DNA of 64,000 nucleotides, taken from the NCBI GenBank assembly GCA_965243125.1, contig OZ251529.1, forward strand, positions 2,578,797 through 2,642,796, written 5' to 3'. Shown here in pieces: positions 47,501 through 55,346 of the stretch. This DNA is from Dehalococcoidia bacterium (GTDB lineage Bacteria > Chloroflexota > Dehalococcoidia > Bin125). Position 1 is the first letter of the stretch, and each line of letters opens with the position of its first letter. The translations under genes were made by a program, and so were the position numbers. The notes beneath the pieces were generated by a model. It saw only the letters and a list, made by a program, of their open reading frames with translations, made no database searches and had not been told where the DNA came from.

Positions 47501-47655
47501 GCCCCCCCATCGTGGAAGCGCCCATCTCAATACCCCCCCATCCTGGGGGGGCTACGGGGGGGTCTGCGGGCAGCCGGCGGAGCCCCCCTCTCAATCTCCC
47601 CCCGCGACGGGGGGAGAGGCCGGAGTGGAATCCCCCGCGACGGGGGGAGAATTCG
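47501..47655. repeat. Family 2 mosaic repeat overlapping the 3' end of the beta-helix protein gene
   Basis: Reads ccccccatcgtgg, cccccccatcctgggggggctacgggggg, cccctctcaatctccccccgcgacggggggagaggccgg. Confidence 0.85.
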
Positions 47656-50080
47656 GCCCCTGCGCCCACACGGCGTCGCGGGTGGCGCGCAGGCGCAGCA
47701 CGGGCGCGCCCCAGGGCGGCGGCTGCCACGCGCCGGCGGCTTCGGGCCAGATCACCCGCCAGCGCTGTTCGTCGCGATCCCACTGCTCGACGATGCTGAG
47801 CAGCCCCGGCTGCGCCGCCTCGAGCCGCGCCAGGGCGTCGGACGCCTGCGTCCACGGACCGTTCCAGCTGACCACGTTGAAGCCGCGGCGCAGTTCAATC
47901 ACGGCGGGCGCGCCCTCGTCTGCGTCAACGGCGCTCTCCGTCGAGAAATACGTATACGCCGGGCCGGGCGCGAGCTGCAGCAGCAGCGCGTCGCCGCCGC
48001 CCACCGTGCGCAGCGTGTTCAGATCACCCGGTGTGAGCGGCGACCAGCCGCGCCAGCCCTCGTCCGCGCTCCAGCGCCAGGCCGCGCGCAGCTCGCCGCG
48101 CAGCGGCGCGAGCGCCTCGCCGACCGGGCGCGCCGCGCCCTCCACCGCCGCCCAGTGCAGCTCGCTCTCGCCGGCGCGCGCGGGAATCGTCTGCCGCGCG
48201 GGCGCGGAGAACGGCGCGGAAAACTCCGAGGTCGCGCCGCCCCGCGCGATGCCCACCGCGCGAATCTCGCCCTCGGCGAGCACCAGCGTGACCGCCTCGA
48301 ACGCGCCGTCGCCCCCCACCTGCGCGCGGGCCAGCGCGCCCGGGCGATCCAGCCCCACGACGTAGATTTCGACTCGCGTACCCGGCTCGCCGCGCCCGCG
48401 AATCGTGCTGCGCAGCTGGTTGTTGGGAATCGCCTCCACCGCGTAGCTGAGCAGCGTCGGCACGGCTGGCGCGTCGGCCTGATCGGCGAGGTCGATGTCC
48501 AGCCCGCTGTTGGCGATGAAGATGTTGCGCGTGATCAGGTTGTCGCGGGCGTTCGCGCCGCCGACCAGCACCGCCGCACCGGCGACGCCGCCGATTCTGT
48601 TCTCGCGGATCGTCGCCCGTCGCGCGCCCTCGCCCAGCTCGACGCCGACGCCGGTCTCTTCCGCCGATGCGAACGCCGTCTCGACGAACCGCGCGCCGAT
48701 CCGGTTGTGCGAAACCGCCGCGTCCTCCAGCTCCGCGAGCAGGAGCGCGACGCCCACGCCGCGAATCGCGTTGCCCAGCCCGCGGTCGCCGCCGATCCTC
48801 ACGTCCGCGGCCTCCCGCGCCTCGATCCCGACCGCTCCCGCCCCGCCGGACGCAACGACATTGCGCTGGAGACTGATCCGCGAGGTATCCGCGCCGCCGA
48901 TTACGATCCCGCGCTCGCCGGCCAGCACCTGATTGCCGATCACCCGCACCTCCGACGCGCCGGCGATGATCGAGACGCCCTCTTCGAGGTTGGGCGCCGG
49001 CCGAGCGTCCGCCAGGTCGTCGGAGTCGGGCGCAGGAACGAGCCCGATCCAGTTGTCCTGCAGCCGCACCTCCCGCGCGCCCTGCTCCACCGCGACGCCG
49101 ACGCGGTTGGCCGCGATGATGTTGCGCTCGGACGCGCCGACCGTGACCCGCGCCGCGCCGGGACCGAAAAAGAGGCCGACATCGTTGCCCGCCGGCGCGC
49201 CGTCCGCGGTCACCCCGATCCGGTTGCCGTCGACCGCGCTCGCGGCGCGGGTCTCGCGGAACTCGACGCCGGCCACGCGGCTGGCGCAGATGATGTTGCC
49301 GCGCAGCTCGGCCTGGGCTGAATCGACGACCAGCACGCCGTCGTCGTTGGCCAGCGGCCGGCCGTCGGCGTTGAGCCCAATCGTGTTGCCGATCACGCGC
49401 GCGCCGACCACGCCGCCGCCGCCGATCACCACGCCGTGCCCGCTGCGCTCGGGCGCGCTGTTGCCGGCGATGCGGTTGCCGCAGCCCGCGCACTCGCCGC
49501 CGATCCGCGCCCCCGCCGCGCCGCCCAGCACGGCGACGCCGCTTAGACGATTCGGCGCGGCCGCGCGCCCGTCGGCGCTCATCCCCAGCCAGTTGGACTC
49601 GACGACCGCGCCGCGCGCCGCCGCCCCGATCACGCCGATCCCGTAGCGCTGAAAGCCGCCGACGCCGAGCCCGCGCACGGTCGCGCTGGGGCCCGCGATC
49701 AGAATGCCCGCGGCGTCGCCCGCCCGGCTGCCGTCGAGATAGATCGGCGGCGGGCGATCGGCGCTCCAGCCGGCCTGCGTCGTCGCGTCGAGCGTGATCC
49801 CCGCGCCGCGCAGCGCGGGCAACTGGATGTTCGGCGCGATCGTCGCAGGCCCCGCCAGGGCGAAGCGGATCAGGTCGCCCCCGTCCGACTCGTTGGCGGC
49901 GTTGATCGCGGCGCGCAGACTGCAAATCTGGGCGCAGCCCTCGGGACCGGGATCCTCGGCGGTGGTCACGATCCAAACATGCGCGGGCGCGTCCTGCGCG
50001 AGCGCCTGGCCGAGCGCGAGCGCGCCGAGCGCAGCGCAGCCCAGGGCGCAGACCAGCAGCGCCGCCGCGAGCCGAATCAG
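47591..50080 (-). CDS. Secreted right-handed parallel beta-helix (NosD/CASH-like) repeat protein with the shared C-terminal module; probable CTG start
   Basis: It has recurrent G N x I x x N xx GV motifs (VIGNTIGLN, LRGNIICASRVAGVEF, IAANRVGVAV, VIGNQVLAGERGIVI, and others). The track ORF starts at GTG 49969, but the in-frame upstream codons encode LIRLAAALLVCALGCAALGALALGQALA|QD, a signal peptide. CTG 50080 is preceded by GGGAG with a 7-nt spacer. Confidence 0.8.
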   Translation of the reverse strand: MIRLAAALLVCALGCAALGALALGQALAQDAPAHVWIVTTAEDPGPEGCAQICSLRAAINAANESDGGDLIRFALAGPATIAPNIQLPALRGAGITLDATTQAGWSADRPPPIYLDGSRAGDAAGILIAGPSATVRGLGVGGFQRYGIGVIGAAARGAVVESNWLGMSADGRAAAPNRLSGVAVLGGAAGARIGGECAGCGNRIAGNSAPERSGHGVVIGGGGVVGARVIGNTIGLNADGRPLANDDGVLVVDSAQAELRGNIICASRVAGVEFRETRAASAVDGNRIGVTADGAPAGNDVGLFFGPGAARVTVGASERNIIAANRVGVAVEQGAREVRLQDNWIGLVPAPDSDDLADARPAPNLEEGVSIIAGASEVRVIGNQVLAGERGIVIGGADTSRISLQRNVVASGGAGAVGIEAREAADVRIGGDRGLGNAIRGVGVALLLAELEDAAVSHNRIGARFVETAFASAEETGVGVELGEGARRATIRENRIGGVAGAAVLVGGANARDNLITRNIFIANSGLDIDLADQADAPAVPTLLSYAVEAIPNNQLRSTIRGRGEPGTRVEIYVVGLDRPGALARAQVGGDGAFEAVTLVLAEGEIRAVGIARGGATSEFSAPFSAPARQTIPARAGESELHWAAVEGAARPVGEALAPLRGELRAAWRWSADEGWRGWSPLTPGDLNTLRTVGGGDALLLQLAPGPAYTYFSTESAVDADEGAPAVIELRRGFNVVSWNGPWTQASDALARLEAAQPGLLSIVEQWDRDEQRWRVIWPEAAGAWQPPPWGAPVLRLRATRDAVWAQGPNSPPVAGDSTPASPPVAGGD

Positions 50081-51708
50081 CGCGTCGCTCCCGGCAAGCG
50101 CGCGGCGGCGTCCATGCGGATGTGCAGCCGGTCGCCGTTGGCCACCTGGAACGCTTCCTCAACCGGCGCGTCCCGCTGTGTGGTGTAGACCTGCCAGCCT
50201 GTTCCTTCGGGATGCTGCCGCCAGACGGTCACATTGAGATGGCCGATCGGGGCGATCGCGTCGGCGATCGATTTGTCCGCGCCGACCCAGGTGACGACGT
50301 TCATCCCTTTCGCCAGCGCCAGCCCCGAGCCTGCCAGATCGGCGAGCAGGCCGGACGCGCCCACTTCTTGCGGGTTCTCGATCAACCAGGCCTGGAGCAG
50401 CGGCGCGCCGCCCGCCGCCCCGGCGGCGCGCTCGATCCGCAGGCGGCTGGTCGCCACGCCGCGCCGCACGATCGAGTTCTCCGGTGTCAATTCCGCCTCG
50501 CCTGCTTCGAGCACCACCCGCCAGCGCACGGTGTAGCCGGAGGCCGAGAGGCGGCCCGTGGCATCGACCACCTCGGCGCGCAGAATGTACTCACGCGCCT
50601 CCGTGCCGGACCGGTCGGAGCTTTCGAGCATGTCCACCAGCGCCGCTGTGACGTACATCGTTTCCGGCGCGCCCACCACGGTCAGCTCGATGATGTCGCT
50701 CAGCCCGCTTCCCTCCGCGTCGGCCCGCAGCCAATAGTCGCCCGAGCGCGCCGCGTCCGTGGTCGCCTGCACCAGCACCCCGCCGGCCGCGTCGGTGATC
50801 AACTCGTCGAGCTCGCTGTCGGCGCTCAGCCGAATGCCGGAATCGTCCTGCGCCGCAAACGACACGCGCTGACCGGGCACGGCGCGGCCGCCCGCGTCGA
50901 GCAGCCGCGCGAGCACGATCGCGGCGGCGGTCTCCGAGCCGCGCTCCATCACCGGCGTCAGCGCCCAGAGACGCAGGCTGACCGGCTCGCCGTGGAACGC
51001 GAGCGCAAGCTCTGCCGCCGCGTCCACGCTGACCGCCCGCAGCGTTGCGGCGCCGGGGGCGGCCGCGCTGACCGTCGCGCTCACGCGCCCGCGTTCGGAG
51101 CTGCGCAGCGCCAGCAGCGATCCGCTTGCGCCGTCAGCCGCGCGCAGCACCGGATCGCCGTCCGCGCTCGTCGCCTCGAGCCGCAGCGGCGCGCCCGGCA
51201 CCGGCTGGCCGAGCCGATCGCGCACCTCGATCTGCACGACATGCGAGCGCGAGGCATCCAGCGGGCGCTCGGGCGTGGGGCGCAGAATGGCGATCTCGGC
51301 CGGCGCGCCGATGAACGCGACAGTTACAGCGTCGACCATCAACCCGGCCCGCGCGGTGACCACCGCCAGGCCCGGGCGGCCGTCGCCAACCAGCGTGACC
51401 GCCGCGACGAGGTCGCCGCCGCCGGAAGGCGAAGGCCGCACAATCACCCGCGAAGGTCCGGAAGCAGCGCCGAACGCGCCCAGATCGGAAGTGATCGTGA
51501 TCGTCGTGTCGGCGCCCGCCGCGTCCGCGGCCAGGCGAATCGTCACCCGCGCGCTGCCGCCGTCGGCCAGCACCGTGTCGTTGTCCACCGCAATTCGCAG
51601 CTGTTCGCCCTGCGCCGTCGCGGCGCTCAGCGCGAGTACGAGCAACGCGGCGCAGAACGCCGCCAGGCCAATTGCACCAACTGCGCGCCGGATCATTCGA
51701 GCCGCCAT
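50077..51708 (-). CDS. Secreted protein with bacterial Ig-like (Big/invasin-type) repeats and the shared C-terminal module
   Basis: Start set at ATG 51708 (MAARMIRRAVGAIGLAAFCAALLVLALSAATAQG, signal peptide). It has repeated ~90-aa beta-rich segments (..ATLRAVSVDAAAELALAFHG.., ..GLAVVTARAGLMVDAVTVAFIG..). Confidence 0.78.
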   Translation of the reverse strand: MAARMIRRAVGAIGLAAFCAALLVLALSAATAQGEQLRIAVDNDTVLADGGSARVTIRLAADAAGADTTITITSDLGAFGAASGPSRVIVRPSPSGGGDLVAAVTLVGDGRPGLAVVTARAGLMVDAVTVAFIGAPAEIAILRPTPERPLDASRSHVVQIEVRDRLGQPVPGAPLRLEATSADGDPVLRAADGASGSLLALRSSERGRVSATVSAAAPGAATLRAVSVDAAAELALAFHGEPVSLRLWALTPVMERGSETAAAIVLARLLDAGGRAVPGQRVSFAAQDDSGIRLSADSELDELITDAAGGVLVQATTDAARSGDYWLRADAEGSGLSDIIELTVVGAPETMYVTAALVDMLESSDRSGTEAREYILRAEVVDATGRLSASGYTVRWRVVLEAGEAELTPENSIVRRGVATSRLRIERAAGAAGGAPLLQAWLIENPQEVGASGLLADLAGSGLALAKGMNVVTWVGADKSIADAIAPIGHLNVTVWRQHPEGTGWQVYTTQRDAPVEEAFQVANGDRLHIRMDAAARLPGATR

Positions 51709-51822
51709 GCCGCACTCCGCCCGTAGAGTCAGTGTATGGCGGTGATCCATTCGCTTCGGCGCGTAACAACGTTGTGTTTACGCCGCGTTCACGCTGTATG
51801 TAAAAGGCTCGCCCGACCCTGC

Positions 51823-51942
51823 GACGGCCGACCCCCCAGTCCGCTGACGCGGACAGCCCCCCTGCGTAGGGGGGCGATTCCGGATCTGAATCCTCCCCCT
51901 ATGCAGGGGGAGGCGCCGCGTAGCGGCGGAGGGGGTCGGCCT
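51823..51942. repeat. Family 2 mosaic repeat (partial)
   Basis: Reads ggccgaccccccagtccgctgacgcggacagcccccctgcgtaggggggcgattccgg...ccccctatgcaggggg. Confidence 0.85.
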
Positions 51943-51960
51943 CGGCGCAAGGCACGCGAA

Positions 51961-51984
51961 GGGCGGGGCCGAACGGCCCCGCCC
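51961..51984 (-). terminator. Putative intrinsic terminator hairpin downstream of the acidic-repeat gene
   Basis: Perfect 10-bp GC stem GGGCGGGGCC-gaac-GGCCCCGCCC, 60 nt past the stop at 52044. Only two U residues follow on the transcribed strand, so the call is tentative. Confidence 0.35.
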
Positions 51985-52043
51985 TCCGGAGTGCTCGGAG
52001 CGGGTTTCGCGCCAGAAGCGCGAAGCCGGACGTCGGCTGGCGT

Positions 52044-52766
52044 CTAGCTCTGCGAGTGCGAGCGACGGCGGATGGCCGCGCCGCCGACCAGGGCGATCAG
52101 CGCCAGCGCGCCGGCGATGCCGCCGTAGACGGCGGTCGAAACGCCGCGGCTGCCGTCGGCCAAGCCGCCGGTGCCTTGCACGCCGTAGCCGGCGTCGCCA
52201 ACGGTGTCGCCATCGCCAGCCATGCCCTTGTCGTCGTCCATCATGGTGTCGCTGCCGTCATCTTCACCCATCAGAGTGTCGCTGCCGTCTTCACCCATCA
52301 TGGTGTCGTCGCCATCTTCACCCATCAGAGTGTCGTCGCCGTCTTCACCCATCAGAGTGTCGTCGCCGTCTTCACCCATCATGGTGTCGTCGCCGCTGCC
52401 TTCGGGCATCGCGCTGGTCGCGGCCAGCGTCAGCTGGGTGCTCTTGCCCTGCGGCGCGTCGTAGGTCTCGCCGGCCGGCTGCCCGTCGACCGTGAAGGTC
52501 ACGCCCGTCGTGTCGCCGGGAACCTGAATGGACCAGCCGTCCGCGTTGCCGTAGGTCGTGGAGCCGACCTGCTCGCCGTTGGCCCAGGCCACGATCAGCT
52601 TGCCGGCGGCGTCCTCGCCGTCCAGCGTCACGGTCGGGCTGCCGCCGACTTCGTCCCAGTTCCAGAAGGTGTGCGGCGGCGAGTTCTGCGCCAGCGCAGC
52701 GCCCGCGATCAGGAGCGCCAACAGCGCCGCTCCCGCCATCGCCACCAGTCGAGGCATCTTCAACAT
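52044..52766 (-). CDS. Secreted protein with an acidic Met-rich 9-aa tandem repeat and a C-terminal TM anchor plus basic tail
   Basis: Signal peptide MLKMPRLVAMAGAALLALLIAGAALAQ, then a beta-rich ~90-aa domain, then (GDDT[LM]MGED)x6. The C-terminus is GTGGLADGSRGVSTAVYGGIAGALALIALVGGAAIRRRSHSQS. Confidence 0.8.
   Translation of the reverse strand: MLKMPRLVAMAGAALLALLIAGAALAQNSPPHTFWNWDEVGGSPTVTLDGEDAAGKLIVAWANGEQVGSTTYGNADGWSIQVPGDTTGVTFTVDGQPAGETYDAPQGKSTQLTLAATSAMPEGSGDDTMMGEDGDDTLMGEDGDDTLMGEDGDDTMMGEDGSDTLMGEDDGSDTMMDDDKGMAGDGDTVGDAGYGVQGTGGLADGSRGVSTAVYGGIAGALALIALVGGAAIRRRSHSQS
52239..52400. repeat. 27-bp in-frame tandem repeat (about 6 units) inside the CDS
   Basis: atca(g/t)(a/g)gtgtcgtcgcc(g/a)tcttcaccc is repeated and encodes GEDGDDT(L/M)M. 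Confidence 0.9.
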
Positions 52767-52849
52767 GCGGTCCGTCCCTTCGCTTTCTGTCCCTGCACGC
52801 AGCCTAGCATCTACGCTCGGCGCGTTTCAGGCAACTCCTGTTTGCGCCT

Positions 52850-54718
52850 CTAGCCGCTCAGCCAGAGGATATCGCCCAAGGTGATCGTGAAGTCCACGGC
52901 GCCCGGCAACGGCCGCCCCGAACTCTCCCCGTACGCCCCGTAGCGTTTGGTCGTGCTGTTGAACTTGAAGATCGCGTCCACCCCGCGGTCGGCGATGCCC
53001 GCGTCGAACAGGTCGCTCGCTCGCGTGGTGGCGGAGGAGATCCAGGACACATAACCGTTGATCTCCAGCGTGGCCAGCCCGCTCAGCCCAACCGACGCAT
53101 CGGTCGTGCTCGCCCCGCCGCCGCCCGGCGTCGCCGGAATGTTGATGATCTGAGTGCCCGTGACGCCGTCGGCGGTCGCGCGCACCAGCGCCCGCCCGCT
53201 CGACACCACCAGGTATTGCACCGAGGCGCGGCCGGCGAACGTCTTCGGCGACTCGCCGCCCGCCGCGACCAGCTGCGCGCCACCCGCGCCGACCGTCCCA
53301 ATCGAGTCCGTCCCGAACCTCACCGTCGTGCCGTCCGCCACCGACTGCCCGTCGGCGTCGGTCACGTCGGCCGTCAGCACGATCTGCGCGGCGCCCTGGC
53401 TCCAGCTCGGCTCCGAGGCGGAAACGGTCACCGCGGCGGCCTTGCCGGCCACCCGGAACGTCTGCTCGCCCGACGCGCCCCGCCCGCTCGCGCGCAGGGT
53501 GTACTCGCCGGTCGCCAACGGGCTGCCGCTCGCAGCCAGCGTCTCCAACTCAACGAAGATCCGGCCGGCGCTGTCGGGCTCCAGCTGCTCGCGGGCGATC
53601 GCGCTCGACGGCACCGTGCGGCCGTCCGGGTTGCGAATGCTCAGCGCGAGCGTGCTCGGCGTCTCTGCGGCGTTGCCGCTGGCGTCAACGGCGCTGACCT
53701 CGAAGCGAATCGTGCCGCGCTCGCCGGCGTCTTCCTCGTTCAGCAGCGCGCCCGAGGCCGCGCCGATCGTCAGTTTGTCGGCGGCGCCGGAAAAGGTCAG
53801 CCGCGGCGACTTCGCCTCGTGCGACTCGCCGTCGGCGGTCGTCACCACCCGCACCGTCACCTCCGCGCTGGCCGGCGCGCTGCTGGTCGCCTTGATCACG
53901 ATCGACTCTGCGCCCCGCCCGCCCAACTGCGAGACGGACCGGGAAGTCCACTGGCAGATCGATCCGTCGCAGCTCGCGCCGCCGGCGGTCGTCTCCAGCG
54001 TCAACGGCGGCCCGCTGACCAGAATCGTCGAAATCGCGCCCGGATCCGCAGCGGCGTTGTTCTCGTTCAGAATCTTGAGCACCAGCTCAATGCCGTCCGA
54101 GCCGCCCGCCGCGCGGGTGCTCGGCTCCCCTTCCGCCAACTCCAGCGTCACGCTCTCCACCTCATTGATGTCCGCCACGGTCAGCTTCGCCGTCGCCGCC
54201 GGCAGAGCCTCGCCCGTCAGCAGATCGCCGGTCACATCGGTGATCGCCAGGCTGTACTCCGTGTTCGTCACGGAGAGCGTGTACTCGCCCTCCCTGACGC
54301 CGAACAGGTTGGCGTCGTACGCGCCCACCAGGCAATCCCAGACCAGCGGGTCCTCGGCGTCGGCGAGCGCGCACTCGGGCATGTCGGCGGCCGGAGTGCC
54401 CTCGCGATTCGTGACTTCGACGCTGCCGCTGGACCGCACCCTCAAGCCGGTCGCCTCCACGTTCGTGAAGTCGTCGTCCTCCACCTCATCGCTCAGGTGG
54501 ATCCGCAGCACCACATCGACATCGAGCTCGCGAAGGCCGCCCGGATCGGGCGGCACGGTGGCGTCGGAGTCGTCGATCACGATCCGCATTTCCACCTCGG
54601 TGACTTCAATGGAGTCCTGCGCGTAGGCGGCGGAGGACGCAGCTGCCGCGGCCAGCGCCGCCGCGACGACCGCGAGCAGCCCCAGACCGAGCATCCGCGA
54701 GGAAAGCGCCTGACTCAT
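52850..54718 (-). CDS. Secreted Ig-like repeat protein with the shared C-terminal module
   Basis: Signal peptide MSQALSSRMLGLGLLAVVAAALAAAAASSAAYAQ, then serial beta-rich ~100-aa segments. The C-terminus is IFKFNSTTKRYGAYG..GAVDFTITLGDILWLSG. Confidence 0.8.
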   Translation of the reverse strand: MSQALSSRMLGLGLLAVVAAALAAAAASSAAYAQDSIEVTEVEMRIVIDDSDATVPPDPGGLRELDVDVVLRIHLSDEVEDDDFTNVEATGLRVRSSGSVEVTNREGTPAADMPECALADAEDPLVWDCLVGAYDANLFGVREGEYTLSVTNTEYSLAITDVTGDLLTGEALPAATAKLTVADINEVESVTLELAEGEPSTRAAGGSDGIELVLKILNENNAAADPGAISTILVSGPPLTLETTAGGASCDGSICQWTSRSVSQLGGRGAESIVIKATSSAPASAEVTVRVVTTADGESHEAKSPRLTFSGAADKLTIGAASGALLNEEDAGERGTIRFEVSAVDASGNAAETPSTLALSIRNPDGRTVPSSAIAREQLEPDSAGRIFVELETLAASGSPLATGEYTLRASGRGASGEQTFRVAGKAAAVTVSASEPSWSQGAAQIVLTADVTDADGQSVADGTTVRFGTDSIGTVGAGGAQLVAAGGESPKTFAGRASVQYLVVSSGRALVRATADGVTGTQIINIPATPGGGGASTTDASVGLSGLATLEINGYVSWISSATTRASDLFDAGIADRGVDAIFKFNSTTKRYGAYGESSGRPLPGAVDFTITLGDILWLSG

Positions 54719-54880
54719 CGCCGCTGCTCATCTCCGCGCCGACCGTCGATGCCACCGCGATGGGGTGATCCGTCGGCTCTCATACAGCCTACGCAGCCCT
54801 ACCGCCCCCACGCCCACCCTGCTTTACGTCTGCGCAACACTGCCGCGCCGCAAACGGCAATGGGCACCCAAAGCGCGCCC

Positions 54881-55262
54881 CTCCGAAATCGCCCCCTACG
54901 CAGAGGACCTCGCTCCGGAAATCGCCCCCCTACGCAGAGGACCCCGCTCCGGGAATCGCCCCCCTACGCAGAGGACCCCGCTCCGGGAATCGCCGCCCCC
55001 CTATGCAGGGGACCTCGCTCCGGGAATCGCCCCCCTATGCAGGGGCCTCGCTCCGGAAATCGCCCCCTATGCAGGGGGGCTGTCCGCGCAGCGGACTGGG
55101 GGGTCGGTCCGGCGCACCGAGCACAGCACACCGCCCCCCATCCTGGGGAAGAAAAGTGCCCCCCCATCCTGGGGGGGCTACGGGGGGGTGCCTGCGAGCG
55201 CGCGCCTCACCCCCCTCTCAATCTCCCCCCGCGACGGGGGGAGAGGTCGGAAAGGGACTCCG
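54881..55262. repeat. Family 2 repeat block, including about 6 tandem ~37-bp units of the 'aatcgcccccctacgcagagg' module
   Basis: ctccgg(a/g)aatcgcccccctacgcagaggacc(c/t)cg is repeated from 54881 to about 55080. The gaccgacccccc and cccctctcaatctcccccc modules follow. Confidence 0.88.
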
Positions 55263-55272
55263 CACTCCCCTC

Positions 55273-55302
55273 CCGTCATTCCTGCCTGCGCAGGAATGAC
55301 GG
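55273..55302. repeat. Solo family P palindrome: CCGTCATTCCTGC-CTGC-GCAGGAATGACGG
   Basis: Perfect 13-bp arms. It equals the outer halves of the two MITE TIRs joined with no core. Two extra aatgacgg half-sites follow. Confidence 0.85.
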
Positions 55303-55346
55303 ATGGGGCAAATGACGGATGGGGCGCCGGAACAACGGCCCGCCCC

